Source: Elusimicrobiota bacterium (GTDB lineage Bacteria > Elusimicrobiota > Elusimicrobia > UBA1565 > UBA9628). Taken from it: 64,000 bases of DNA. The translations under genes were made by a program, and so were the position numbers. The stretch is from NCBI GenBank assembly GCA_027371715.1, contig DAHXMM010000031.1:12477-76476 (forward strand), read 5' to 3'. Below are positions 18,060-27,619 of the stretch, one piece after another (within the stretch, counting starts at the first letter, position 1; each line of letters begins with the position of its first letter). The notes under the pieces were generated by a model. It did not search any database. It was not told where the DNA came from and saw nothing but the letters and a program-made list of their open reading frames with translations.

Positions 18060-20195
18060 CTACGTTTCTTCGAGAAGTTTTGATAACTCCTCGACGGTCG
18101 CGACCGGGTTTTGGCAGGAGAGGTCCCGACAGACATAGACGGTTGGTTTTCCGGAGAGGCTTTTCATCTCTTTGAAGAGGGACGGGAGCAAACTCGTAGA
18201 CGAGTTTTCCGGAACGAAAACCATCGCCCGGTTGTAGATGAAACGCCCGCGAATTTCGGATAAAAGGGATTGTCCCTCTTTTGAACCCGTTTTCCCGATG
18301 ACGGCGATGAGAACCGGCTTGGACAAGGACAACTGGAAGGCCGAGAGCATATGGGATAAGGAGAGCGGCCGTTCGTTCATGAGCCCAGAAAATCTTCGCA
18401 GGGTTTTCATCGCGGCATTTTTAAAATCCGCGCGATCTAAAATCAAAGACAAGCGCAACAAAATCGAAGCGGCGACCGAGCTGGAACAAGGCTCGACTGA
18501 ATCGGCGGAGTCCATCACTCGGGGAAGATCTGCGCTTTTGGCTTTTTCACTGGAAAGATAGAAGCCGCCGTACGGAGCGGCAAAATCTTTAACTAATTTT
18601 TCGGAAAGTTCTGCGGCCCAGGAGAGATAAGACTCGTCTTCCGAGGCTTCGTAAAGGTCTAAAAGTCCCTGAGCCATGAACGCATAATCATCCGAGAATC
18701 CTTCGTTCAAAGATGGGTTGAGGCTGGAAGAATGAACGAGGGTTTTAGACTCCGGTAAGTAGAGATTTTCCCGGATAAAAGAAGCCGCTTTTTTCGCCGC
18801 ATCCAAATATTTTTGACTTTCCGTCGCTTCATAAGCTTTGGCCAAGGCCGAGAGCATCAGTCCGTTCCATGAGGAAATAATTTTTTCATCGCGCATCGGG
18901 CGGGTTCTTTTGCTTCGGACTTCCAAAAGCTTCTTTTTTGCCGCTTGGATTTTCAAATTTGCTTCGGATGCGGTCATTGAGAATTGCCGGGCCGTTTTTT
19001 CCAAGGGTTCCGCGATATAAAGGATGTTTTTGCCTTCAAATTCCCCGCCCTCGCCGCTGGATAAATTTCCCTCCGGGACAACTCCGTAGTGATGGCAGAA
19101 AATGTCGGCCTCGGGGCCTAGGATGTTTCTGATCTCCGTTTCATCCCACAGGTAAAAAAGTCCCTCGGATTTTTCGCCCGCTTGTTCTAAATTTTTGTGG
19201 GAGTCTTTTGCTGTCGGCAAGCTGTCGGCGTCTTCCGCCGAGTAAAACGCGCCTTGGGGGCTGGTCATGTCCGTTAAAACATAGGACAACGTTTCTTCGG
19301 CGATTTTAAGAAAAGAGGGGTCTTTTTCTATTTGGTAGGCTTCAAGATAATTGACGGTCAGCTGAGCGTTGTCATAGAGCATCTTTTCGAAATGCGGAAG
19401 CCGCCAAAAAGCGTCGGTGGAGTATCGGTGAAAACCGCCGCCCAGATGGTCGTAAATTCCGCCCGCGGCCATGGCTTTTAAGGTTTGAAGGGCCATTTTC
19501 TTGGGTTCGGGGTTCTGGGTTCGCTGAAAAGCGCGAAATAGAAACGCTTGGTTTCCAGGTACGGGAAATTTGGGCGCGCCGCCGAAACCGAAATGCTCCG
19601 GGTCGAAAGAGCCTTCAAAAGCGCCGAGAGCGCGGTTTAAAAGATCCGAACCTAAATCCGGTCCGATTGCGGGACCGTCAAGCATTTCTTTAAGGGCTTC
19701 GGAAATCCGCTCGGCATCGGCTATAATTCCTTTTTTTTCCTTGGACCATAAATCCGCGATCCGATTAAGAAGTTGGGGAAAGCCCTGCATACCCCATCTC
19801 GGCTCAGGCGGGAAATAAGTCCCTCCGTAGAAGGGCTTGAGATCCGGCGTTAAAAAAACGTTGAGCGGCCAGCCTCCGCGTCCGGACATCGCTTGAACGG
19901 CGGTCATGTAAATTTTGTCGATGTCGGGGCGTTCCTCGCGGTCAAGTTTAATGGGAATAAAGTTTTGGTTTAGAATTTCCGCGATCTCGGGGTTTGAAAA
20001 GCTTTCCTTTTCCATGACGTGACACCAGTGACAGGTGGAGTAACCGACGGATAGAAAAATAGGCTTGTTTTCCGCCCGGGCTTTTTCGTGGGCTTCCTTC
20101 CCCCACGGCCGCCAATCGACGGGGTTGAATGCGTGTTGGAGAAGATACGGGCTTTTTTCATGAATCAAGCGGTTGGGGGTCGCGGATTTTGTCAT
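18060..20195 (-). CDS. Thioredoxin-domain protein, DUF255/YyaL family
   Basis: The N-terminus [18 protein letters not shown]...[11 protein letters not shown] is followed by a long (alpha/alpha)6-like C-terminal region. Confidence 0.85.
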   Translation of the reverse strand: MTKSATPNRLIHEKSPYLLQHAFNPVDWRPWGKEAHEKARAENKPIFLSVGYSTCHWCHVMEKESFSNPEIAEILNQNFIPIKLDREERPDIDKIYMTAVQAMSGRGGWPLNVFLTPDLKPFYGGTYFPPEPRWGMQGFPQLLNRIADLWSKEKKGIIADAERISEALKEMLDGPAIGPDLGSDLLNRALGAFEGSFDPEHFGFGGAPKFPVPGNQAFLFRAFQRTQNPEPKKMALQTLKAMAAGGIYDHLGGGFHRYSTDAFWRLPHFEKMLYDNAQLTVNYLEAYQIEKDPSFLKIAEETLSYVLTDMTSPQGAFYSAEDADSLPTAKDSHKNLEQAGEKSEGLFYLWDETEIRNILGPEADIFCHHYGVVPEGNLSSGEGGEFEGKNILYIAEPLEKTARQFSMTASEANLKIQAAKKKLLEVRSKRTRPMRDEKIISSWNGLMLSALAKAYEATESQKYLDAAKKAASFIRENLYLPESKTLVHSSSLNPSLNEGFSDDYAFMAQGLLDLYEASEDESYLSWAAELSEKLVKDFAAPYGGFYLSSEKAKSADLPRVMDSADSVEPCSSSVAASILLRLSLILDRADFKNAAMKTLRRFSGLMNERPLSLSHMLSAFQLSLSKPVLIAVIGKTGSKEGQSLLSEIRGRFIYNRAMVFVPENSSTSLLPSLFKEMKSLSGKPTVYVCRDLSCQNPVATVEELSKLLEET

Positions 20196-20201
20196 TAGTT
20201 C

Positions 20202-20207
20202 ACTTTA
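20202..20207 (-). promoter_or_regulatory. Candidate extended -10 (TGcTAAAGT), 6 nt upstream of the YyaL-like ATG
   Basis: The reverse complement reads TGCTAAAGTgaactaATG. Confidence 0.4.
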
Positions 20208-20226
20208 GCATAAATAGAAAAAGTCC

Positions 20227-20232
20227 TATAAT
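20227..20232 (+). promoter_or_regulatory. Candidate -10 TATAAT, 6 nt upstream of the hutI ATG
   Basis: The sequence is cctTATAATcagaacATG. Confidence 0.45.
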
Positions 20233-20238
20233 CAGAAC

Positions 20239-21552
20239 ATGACCGAGCCTAAGCGAGGAAATGGTTGGAGTCCAGAGTCCGTACGAAAGGAAACCATGGA
20301 ACAAACGCTGATCCTTAATATCGCCCAACTTTTGACTTTTCCGGGTCTTGACGCGCCGAGGCGGGGCCGGGATCTCAATTCCGTCGGCATGATTCGGGAC
20401 GCGGCGGTTCTCATCGAAAAAGGCCTGATCGTTGCCGCCGGGCCCAAGGACGTCGTTTTAAAGAAAACGAGTCCGGAAAAATGCCGCATCATCGACGCAC
20501 AAGGGCGGCTCGTCTTGCCGGGCTTTGTGGATGCTCACGCGCATCCTGTTTTTGCCGCGCCGCGGCTTTTTGATTTTGAACAGAGGACGCGAGGCCGGAC
20601 TTATTCCGAAATCGCCGCCGGCGGAGGAGGAATATTATCGACCGTGGATTTAGTTCGCCGCTCAAGCGCGGAAACCTTGACGGCGTCGCTTAAACGTTGG
20701 ACGCAAAAGTTCTTAGAAAGTGGAACGACCACTGTGGAAGCGAAATCAGGTTACGGTCTTGATTGGGAAAACGAGCGTAAAATCTTGCAAGTTTTGGCCC
20801 AAGCCGGGAAAGAAGGCCCGCTTGGAATTATTCCAACTTTTTTGGGCGCCCATGCCGTTCCTCCTGAGTTGCGAGAGAAAAGAGAAGTTTATATTCGGCG
20901 CATAATTGAGGAAATGATACCGCAAGTCGCCGAGGAAAATTTGGCCCGTTTTGTGGATGTTTTCTGCGAGGGGGGATACTTTTCAAAAGAAGAGTCCCAG
21001 AAAATTTTCGAGGCCTCCCAAAAAGCCGGGTTGGGGCTTAAAATCCACGCGGAACAATTATCCCGCTCCGGCGGTGCGGCCTTGGCGGCGGATTTCGAGG
21101 TCTCAAGCGCGGACCATTTGGATTTCGCGGATGATTCCGACATTCGCGCCTTGGCGCGGTCCAAGGTTGTCGCTTGCCTAGTGCCCGGTTCCAATTATTT
21201 TCTGTCGAAGCCCTATCCGCCCGCCCGGAAACTCATCGATTCGGGCGCAGCGGTGGCTTTAGCCACTGATTTTAACCCTGGAACCTGTCCGTGTTGGGAT
21301 ATGCGGATGATTTTGTCTATCGCCTGTACGCAGATGAAAATGAAAATTGAAGAAGCTTTATCGGCTTCCATCGTCAACGGGGCTTGGGCCATTGGGCTTG
21401 GAAAAACTCACGGCAGTCTTCAAGCGGGAAAAATCGCCGATTTGGTGTGTCATGAAGCCGAGGATTATCGCGAGCTTCCCTATTATTTCGGTCAAACTCC
21501 GGTCCTTTGGACCATGAAAAAAGGCGAAATCGTTTTTCGCCGCGAGAGATGA
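20239..21552 (+). CDS. hutI: Imidazolonepropionase
   Basis: The motifs are PGFVDAHAHPVF, KIHAEQLS, SADHL and ALATDFNPGTCP. Confidence 0.82.
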   Translation: MTEPKRGNGWSPESVRKETMEQTLILNIAQLLTFPGLDAPRRGRDLNSVGMIRDAAVLIEKGLIVAAGPKDVVLKKTSPEKCRIIDAQGRLVLPGFVDAHAHPVFAAPRLFDFEQRTRGRTYSEIAAGGGGILSTVDLVRRSSAETLTASLKRWTQKFLESGTTTVEAKSGYGLDWENERKILQVLAQAGKEGPLGIIPTFLGAHAVPPELREKREVYIRRIIEEMIPQVAEENLARFVDVFCEGGYFSKEESQKIFEASQKAGLGLKIHAEQLSRSGGAALAADFEVSSADHLDFADDSDIRALARSKVVACLVPGSNYFLSKPYPPARKLIDSGAAVALATDFNPGTCPCWDMRMILSIACTQMKMKIEEALSASIVNGAWAIGLGKTHGSLQAGKIADLVCHEAEDYRELPYYFGQTPVLWTMKKGEIVFRRER

Positions 21553-22643
21553 GGAGAGTCAAGTTGGCAGGTTATGCGGGAAAAAATCTCCTTAAGTGGA
21601 TCGAAATTGATTTGAGGGCGATTCGCTCGAACCTCAATCGAATATTGGCTGAAGCTGACCACACCAAGATCATGGCCGTCCTAAAGGCGGACGCTTACGG
21701 ACATGGCCTTGTTTCCGTAGCTCAAGAAGCGGAGAATGCGGGCATTTCTTATCTTGGGGTTCTGACCTTGGAAGAAGCGAGGAATTTGCGGCGGGCAAAA
21801 ATCTCGCGCCCCATTTGTCTGATGGCGCCGATTTTGCCGCGGATGGCGGAAGAGGCCGTTAAATTTAAAATTTCCGCGACCGTCGATCATCTGGATCAGA
21901 TTCGCGCCCTCAACGCCAAAGCTTCCTTGAGTTCTCCCGTTTCTATTCATGTGGACTTGGATTTTGGGCTTGGGCGATGGGGAATTTCTCCCGGGAGTTT
22001 GAACTCATTTCTTGAACGCCTCAAACGCTTTAAAAAAATTCAGCTTCAAGGTTTGTCGGCCCATATTGATTATATTGCCGGAAAAAATGCGGTTGAGGCG
22101 GAAGAAAAATTACGCGATTTTAATCGTATCGCCCAACGTTTGAAAAAAAAATATCCCGGTTTGATTTCTCATGCCGCCAACAGTTCCGTTTTTCTTGATT
22201 TCCCTCATTGGCGGATGGATATGGCCCGGATCGGAAATTTAATTTACGGAATTAACGCAGCAAAATCGCGTAATTTTCCGCTTGAAAACCCGTGGCATTT
22301 TAAAGCGCGAATTATTCATATTCGTTCGATTTCAGCCGGAGAATCCGTTGGATACGCTAGCGCTTATGTTTCTCCAAGAAAAATGAAGGCGGCGACCTTG
22401 CTCGTGGGTTATTCCGATGGAGTCACGATGGAACCCGCCGAACGCCTGATCCGTTTTGGTTCCGGCTTTGAATATTGGGGTATAATGGGAAAAGTTAAAA
22501 CCCCTTTTATTGGAGGTTGCGGAATCTCTCACTTGCTTGTAGACGTTAGCCGCGTTCCTCGCGTAAAAATTGGAGATGCCGTGACCCTCCCTGTTCGCCG
22601 CACCGCCGCCCACTCTCAGATTCCCCGAGTTTATGTGAGTTAG
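21549..22643 (+). CDS. alr: Alanine racemase
   Basis: The PLP lysine motif is VLKADAYGHG. The start ATG overlaps the hutI TGA (ATGA). Confidence 0.85.
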   Translation: MRRVKLAGYAGKNLLKWIEIDLRAIRSNLNRILAEADHTKIMAVLKADAYGHGLVSVAQEAENAGISYLGVLTLEEARNLRRAKISRPICLMAPILPRMAEEAVKFKISATVDHLDQIRALNAKASLSSPVSIHVDLDFGLGRWGISPGSLNSFLERLKRFKKIQLQGLSAHIDYIAGKNAVEAEEKLRDFNRIAQRLKKKYPGLISHAANSSVFLDFPHWRMDMARIGNLIYGINAAKSRNFPLENPWHFKARIIHIRSISAGESVGYASAYVSPRKMKAATLLVGYSDGVTMEPAERLIRFGSGFEYWGIMGKVKTPFIGGCGISHLLVDVSRVPRVKIGDAVTLPVRRTAAHSQIPRVYVS

Positions 22644-22693
22644 ACAGTCCCCAACTGGGTCTTTTGCCGGAAGGGGTCTAGGTCCTTTGGCCC
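22643..22693 (+). promoter_or_regulatory. Composite element made of a half palindrome plus the TAGGTC-type tandem repeat, copy 2
   Basis: The sequence is GACAGTCCCCAACTGGGTCTTTTGCCGGAAGGGGTCTAGGTCCTTTGGCCC. Confidence 0.6.
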
Positions 22694-22716
22694 TTGGGAG
22701 ACTTGAAATTGTTGGC

Positions 22717-22722
22717 TACAAT
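22717..22722 (+). promoter_or_regulatory. Candidate -10 TACAAT, 23 nt downstream of the element
   Basis: The spacing is the same as at five other copies. The hexamer overlaps the only upstream ATG (22721). Confidence 0.35.
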
Positions 22723-24535
22723 GAAAGGGCCGGAACAAACGGCGCGAAGGGAAAGCGCTTATATAAGGAGAATTCCCATTAAAAAAGTAACCGCCTGGGC
22801 GCTGACGGGTGTTCTTTTTGTCTTATCTCCCGGCTTCTCTTCCTATCAGGCTTTTGCCGCTGAATTTTCGGAGAAACCCCCTGAGGTTTCTTCGCTTCAA
22901 ATTCCCGATGTTTCCGTCTCCATTCCCTCGGAGAACTCAGCCGCTTCTCAAGATTTAGCGATAGAAAAAATTGATTCTCTTCCCCCAAGCGAAACCCGTC
23001 TAACGGTGGGGAGGGAAACGAATATTCCGGAGTCGAAATCTCAGGAAATTGCCGCGCGCGTTGTGCAAGCCCTTGCCCCTGCGGCAGGATCAAAATCTGA
23101 AAAGCCTCTTTCCCAAGGCCGCCGGTTTTGGGGGCGTCTGAGCGGCCAGGTTTTTGGAAAATCCCAGGGCTCAAGAAAAATTTCGCTAGGCGTTCTCAAT
23201 CGTCTTTTTGACCGACAAAAAGAGATGGGGACTGTCCCTAACTCGCTTCACTCGCCCACCACAGATGTCCGCTCTGCAGATGGCGGGAGAAATATTTCTC
23301 TTGGAATCAGCAAATTTTCTCCGAAAAAGAGATTGGAGTGGGTTGAGCATATTAAAGCGCTTCCGGCGCCTTTCCTATGGAAATACGTTCCCGGCTGGTC
23401 TATCGCCGCGATGGGGGGCGAAATGCAGGCGGTGGCTCTCCCGGTTTTCACCGCTCAAGTTTTCGGCCTTTCCCAGGCGATTATCGCCGCCGGCGTTAAT
23501 TTGATTGCGCGTATTCCCGGCGCCTGGATGGGGGCTTTTTTTGTCGGGCATTTTAGCCCTAAGACCATTAATAATGTCGCTTTAATTATCTCCGCTTTAA
23601 GCGGCGGGCTTGTGCCTGCGGCGCTTTTTTTTCATTTGCCGCACGCGGCCCTTTTCGGAACTTTTCTTTTGGGTTCGACCCTTTCGGGCTTGGTTTACGG
23701 CGCAACGAGGGGTGTGACTGAAAATTTAATTCCGCCGCTTCTTATTTCAGACCGAACTCAACGGGAATTCGGCCTTAATTACGCCTATCAATGGGTGGAG
23801 CTCAGCTCCATTTTGATGGCGATGATTTCAGTTCCGCTACTCCACGTTTTCGGCGGAAGCGTAATATTGGGAATTTCAAGCTCGTTTTTCCTGATTGCGG
23901 CTTTATTTTATGGGTCTTTAAAACTGCATAAGCCGGAGGCCAAGGCCCCGGCGGCTGTTGAGAAACAAACGCAAGAAGGCTTGTCTTGGAGAAGTTACAT
24001 TCCCTTTGTCTTTTTTAGATTTATTCATTTCTCTCTCTATGCGGTTTTTGCCGCCGCGATTTCCATGGGCATCTTGCATGACGATAAGATGACCGGAAAT
24101 ATCATCGGGGCTTATGATTTTGGAAGCTGGATTTTCGGGTTCTTGGCGACGGCGGCTCTTTTGCCTAAAAAAGGAGAGCGGCCTTGGACCTTGGCTGGTG
24201 TTGGATCTGCGTTAGCTTTCTTATGGGCGAGTTCTCTTCTTCCCATTCCCGCTTTGTCCATGATTCTTGCCGGAGTCATGGGTGGAATGATTATGATTAA
24301 TTCCAACAAATGGATGAGCCTCTACCAGGAAAAGCTTCCACAATCGAAACTTAAAAATCTTTCCAAGTGGATGATGACGGCTAGCATTTTGGGAACCCTG
24401 CCTATCTTTATCGCGGCGGGCTTGAGCCAGGTTTTTCCCGCTTGGGCCGCATTTTTAACCATGCCCCATATTATCATAGGCGCCAACATTTTGGTGACGA
24501 TCTTGGGTCTTGCGGCTCTTTTTGGCTTTCGTTAA
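22721..24535 (+). CDS. MFS-like polytopic membrane protein with about 170 aa of N-terminal extension
   Basis: There are 12 or more hydrophobic helices from about 23390 onward. The start is uncertain. Candidates are TTG 22694, ATG 22721, ATT 22778 (AAGGAG 7 nt upstream, giving IKKVTAWALTGVLFVLSPGFSSYQAFA) and ATG 23224 inside the repeat. Confidence 0.65.
   Translation: MKGPEQTARRESAYIRRIPIKKVTAWALTGVLFVLSPGFSSYQAFAAEFSEKPPEVSSLQIPDVSVSIPSENSAASQDLAIEKIDSLPPSETRLTVGRETNIPESKSQEIAARVVQALAPAAGSKSEKPLSQGRRFWGRLSGQVFGKSQGSRKISLGVLNRLFDRQKEMGTVPNSLHSPTTDVRSADGGRNISLGISKFSPKKRLEWVEHIKALPAPFLWKYVPGWSIAAMGGEMQAVALPVFTAQVFGLSQAIIAAGVNLIARIPGAWMGAFFVGHFSPKTINNVALIISALSGGLVPAALFFHLPHAALFGTFLLGSTLSGLVYGATRGVTENLIPPLLISDRTQREFGLNYAYQWVELSSILMAMISVPLLHVFGGSVILGISSSFFLIAALFYGSLKLHKPEAKAPAAVEKQTQEGLSWRSYIPFVFFRFIHFSLYAVFAAAISMGILHDDKMTGNIIGAYDFGSWIFGFLATAALLPKKGERPWTLAGVGSALAFLWASSLLPIPALSMILAGVMGGMIMINSNKWMSLYQEKLPQSKLKNLSKWMMTASILGTLPIFIAAGLSQVFPAWAAFLTMPHIIIGANILVTILGLAALFGFR
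23221..23245. repeat. GGGGACTGTCCC palindromic repeat copy inside the ORF
   Basis: AGAGATGGGGACTGTCCCTAACTCG is translated as EMGTVPNS. Confidence 0.6.
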
Positions 24536-24540
24536 GGTTT

Positions 24541-24578
24541 AAGGCTTCTATGATTTAGGTCATAGAAGCCTTTTTTTA
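24541..24578 (+). terminator. Rho-independent terminator
   Basis: The stem is AAGGCTTCTATGA / TCATAGAAGCCTT with a 7-nt loop. A T7 run follows. Confidence 0.8.
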
Positions 24579-24633
24579 TTTCCTCTATACTACTTTTACT
24601 GACCTCATAGCTCACCTTTGGGAGGTGTTACTT

Positions 24634-25062
24634 ATGATTTACAAGTTTGAACCCAGTACGATGGCGACCGGGCTTGATTCTCTTGATCGCCAACATGAAA
24701 ACCTTTTTGAACTTTCCAATCGCATGGATACTCTTGCCCAAGGGCCTATCGATCAGGTGGGCATTGAACGGGCCTTGGTCGCTCTGAGAAACTACGGCTT
24801 GGCCCATTTCGTCCACGAAGAACGAATGATGGATGTTTATGTTTGTCCGTTGGCCAAGGCCAATAAAGACGCCCATGGCCTTTTTGTCGAAAAAACCAAG
24901 GAATGGTTTAGACGCTTGGGCGAATGCAAATCAGATTTAGAAATCAAGGACTTAACTCTTGAGGTGAACCGCTTTGTCGGTGATTGGCTGACCAAACATA
25001 TTTGTCGTGTTGATGTGAGTCTTAAGCCCTGTATCGCAAATGCGGGCAAGGGAATTAAATAA
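24634..25062 (+). CDS. Bacteriohemerythrin
   Basis: The motifs are LDRQHENLF, HFVHEERMM, DAHGLF and DWLTKHICRVD. GGAGG lies 8 nt upstream of the ATG at 24634. Confidence 0.8.
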   Translation: MIYKFEPSTMATGLDSLDRQHENLFELSNRMDTLAQGPIDQVGIERALVALRNYGLAHFVHEERMMDVYVCPLAKANKDAHGLFVEKTKEWFRRLGECKSDLEIKDLTLEVNRFVGDWLTKHICRVDVSLKPCIANAGKGIK

Positions 25063-25836
25063 ATGAATCTGCTTCATTTTTTTGGGCTTCCGCCGGCGGC
25101 CTCAACCTATGCCGCAGATATTGATTTCGGATTGCGCCTGACTTTTGGCGCCATTGTCTTTGTTTTTTTCTCCTGGAGCGTTTATTTGGCTTATTTGGTT
25201 TTTCGTTATCGAAATAAGCCTGGCGGACGGGCGGAGTATGAGAAATCGGAGGGAATTTCTAAGGCGATGATTCCCGGCCTGGTCGTTTTAGTCTTGGAAA
25301 TGATCCTTATTATTTTTTGGGAAATTCCGGTTTGGGGAAAAATTAAAGAAGAAATGCCGAAAATGGGTGATGTTGTGGAGGTCAATGTCTTGGCCCAGCA
25401 GTTTGCCTGGAATATCCAATATCCCGGGCCGGATGGGAAATTCGGTCGCCGCGAGCAAAAACTGGTGAGTTTTTCCAATCCCATTGGTCTTGACTATAAC
25501 GATCCGGCGGCCAAAGACGACGTCGTTTTGGCCAACGAGCTTCATTTGCCGCTTGGAAAAATGGCCGTAATTCACTTGATGTCGATGGACGTCATTCATG
25601 ATTTCGCCGTCCCGGAATTTCGTATTAAGCAAGACATCGTTCCGGGAATGGATATCCCTCTCTGGGTGAAGCCGACCAGGATTGGAAATTTTGATCTAGC
25701 CTGCGCCCAACTTTGCGGTTTTGGGCACAGCTTGATGGTCGGACACGTGATTGTTCAGAGCCCGGAAAATTTCGCGGCTTGGCTTAAAAAAGAAGCGCCG
25801 AATCCGCAGGCGGCGAGTTCCGCCAATAACTTTTAA
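25063..25836 (+). CDS. coxB: Heme-copper oxidase subunit II with CuA site
   Basis: There are two N-terminal TM helices. The CuA ligands are DVIHDF ... CAQLCGFGHSLM. The ATG directly abuts the hemerythrin stop (TAAATG). Confidence 0.85.
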   Translation: MNLLHFFGLPPAASTYAADIDFGLRLTFGAIVFVFFSWSVYLAYLVFRYRNKPGGRAEYEKSEGISKAMIPGLVVLVLEMILIIFWEIPVWGKIKEEMPKMGDVVEVNVLAQQFAWNIQYPGPDGKFGRREQKLVSFSNPIGLDYNDPAAKDDVVLANELHLPLGKMAVIHLMSMDVIHDFAVPEFRIKQDIVPGMDIPLWVKPTRIGNFDLACAQLCGFGHSLMVGHVIVQSPENFAAWLKKEAPNPQAASSANNF

Positions 25837-25850
25837 AGAGGAATTTTCCC

Positions 25851-27563
25851 ATGAGCGAACATAAGACGAGTTTCCTGAAAAAATACGTTTTCACAACTGA
25901 TCATAAGATGATTGCGATGCAGTATATGTTTACTTCTTTATCCGCGCTTTTAATCGGGTTTTTCTTTGTCCTCATCATGCGTTGGGAATTGGCTTTTCCG
26001 GGGCATCCGATTCCGATTTTGGGAAGTCTTCTCTCCGCGCGGCTTACTCCCAACGGAGTGATGTCGCCGGAGTTTTATAATATGCTCGGCGCCATGCACG
26101 GAACGGCGATGATTTTCTTGGGCATCGCGCCTTTGGGGTTTGCCGCCTTTGGAAATTACGTGCTTCCGCTTCAGGTGGGAGCTCCCGACATGGCTTTTCC
26201 CAAAATCAACATGATTTCTTACTGGTCTTTCGTCGTGGGGTGTTTGATTTTAGCCGCTTCCTTTTTTCTTCCCAGCGGTCCCTTGCAATCGGGTTGGACG
26301 GCGTATCCCCCGCTTTCCGAAATTACGCGGGGAACGACGTTCTGGATTTTGGCGATGGTGTTTATTATCACCTCTTCGCTTTTGGGGGCCATTAATTTTA
26401 TCGTGACCGGCCTCAATATGCGCGCTCCTGGGCTGACCTTGGGCCGTTTGCCAATCTTTGTCTGGGCGGAGCTGGTGACTTCCGCGATTATTTTGCTGGC
26501 CTTCCCTCCGGTTGAGGCCGGAGCGATTCTTCTTTTAATGGATTGCGTGGCTCACACGAGTTTCTACCTCCCGCAGGGATTGACGATTTTGGGCCATGCC
26601 TCGGGGGCGGCCGGCGGCGGGGCGCCGATTTTGTGGCAGCATTTGTTTTGGTTTTTGGGCCACCCGGAGGTTTATGTGCTTTTACTTCCGGCCATTGGAA
26701 TCGTAGCTGAAATTATCGCTAATAATTCCCGCAAGCCTCTTTATGGATATAAGGCGATGGTGGGTTCTCTTTTGACGATTCTTATCCTATCTTTTGTCGT
26801 TTGGGCGCATCATCTTTATATCAGCGGGATGAGCCCGTTTCTGTCGGATTTCTTCGCCATCACGACCTTGGCGATTTCGGTTCCATCGGTAATTCTCTTG
26901 ACCTGTTTAGTGTTTAGTCTGCAAGGGGGTTCTATTCGTTTTACGACTCCGATGCTCTTTGCGCTTTCATTTTTGCCGCTTTTTGGAATTGGGGGATTGA
27001 CCGGTATTCCATTAGGGGTCACGGTGACCGACATTTATCTCCACGACACCTATTATGTCATCGGGCATTTCCATTATGTGGTTGTGGCCGGAATTTTAAT
27101 GGCTTTGTTTGGCGGAATTTATTTTTGGTTCCCCAAATGGTTCGGCCGCAAAATGAACGAGTCCTTGGGAAAATGGCATTTTTGGGGGACCGTCATCGGA
27201 ATCAATGGCACGTTTTTCCCGATGTTTATTTTGGGTTTGGCCGGTCAATCCCGAAGACTTTGGAATCCCTTGGCCCAGGCGCATAACGTTCCGTGGCAGA
27301 AATGGCATGTCGTCAGCTCCGTTTTCGCCGGAATTTTGCTCTTGGCCCAGATTCCCTTCATTTACAACTTCTTCCACAGCCTTTTTAAAGGCGAGCGCGT
27401 TTCTGATAACCCTTGGGAAGCGACGACCCTGGATTGGGCGTGTCCGTCTCCGCCTCCGCACGGAAATTTCTCATCTCCAGTCGCCGTCTATCGCGGGCCG
27501 TATGAGTATTCCCCGCCTCATCGTCGCGATAGCTGGATTCCCCAAAACGCGGAAGCGTCTTAG
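25851..27563 (+). CDS. coxA: Heme-copper oxidase subunit I (A-type)
   Basis: The protein is 570 aa with TTDHKMIAMQY, WFLGHPEVYVLLLPA and HFHYV. Confidence 0.9.
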   Translation: MSEHKTSFLKKYVFTTDHKMIAMQYMFTSLSALLIGFFFVLIMRWELAFPGHPIPILGSLLSARLTPNGVMSPEFYNMLGAMHGTAMIFLGIAPLGFAAFGNYVLPLQVGAPDMAFPKINMISYWSFVVGCLILAASFFLPSGPLQSGWTAYPPLSEITRGTTFWILAMVFIITSSLLGAINFIVTGLNMRAPGLTLGRLPIFVWAELVTSAIILLAFPPVEAGAILLLMDCVAHTSFYLPQGLTILGHASGAAGGGAPILWQHLFWFLGHPEVYVLLLPAIGIVAEIIANNSRKPLYGYKAMVGSLLTILILSFVVWAHHLYISGMSPFLSDFFAITTLAISVPSVILLTCLVFSLQGGSIRFTTPMLFALSFLPLFGIGGLTGIPLGVTVTDIYLHDTYYVIGHFHYVVVAGILMALFGGIYFWFPKWFGRKMNESLGKWHFWGTVIGINGTFFPMFILGLAGQSRRLWNPLAQAHNVPWQKWHVVSSVFAGILLLAQIPFIYNFFHSLFKGERVSDNPWEATTLDWACPSPPPHGNFSSPVAVYRGPYEYSPPHRRDSWIPQNAEAS

Positions 27564-27619
27564 AATGTTGTAAAATTTTTTGGATTACGACGGTATTTAA
27601 TAAACGGAGACTATTGTTC

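Noticed and set aside
20239-22643. hutI without hutH/hutU, followed by alr, as a novel pathway
   Set aside because: Only adjacency and an ATGA overlap are visible. The imidazolonepropionase call rests on motifs shared with other amidohydrolases, so there is too little evidence for a claim.
22658-22693. Reading the TTGCCGGAA / TTTGGCCC motif as a sigma-54 promoter (GG-N10-GC)
   Set aside because: The spacing between the GG and any downstream GC does not fit -24/-12 geometry in any copy. A sigma70-like -10 sits at a fixed distance instead.
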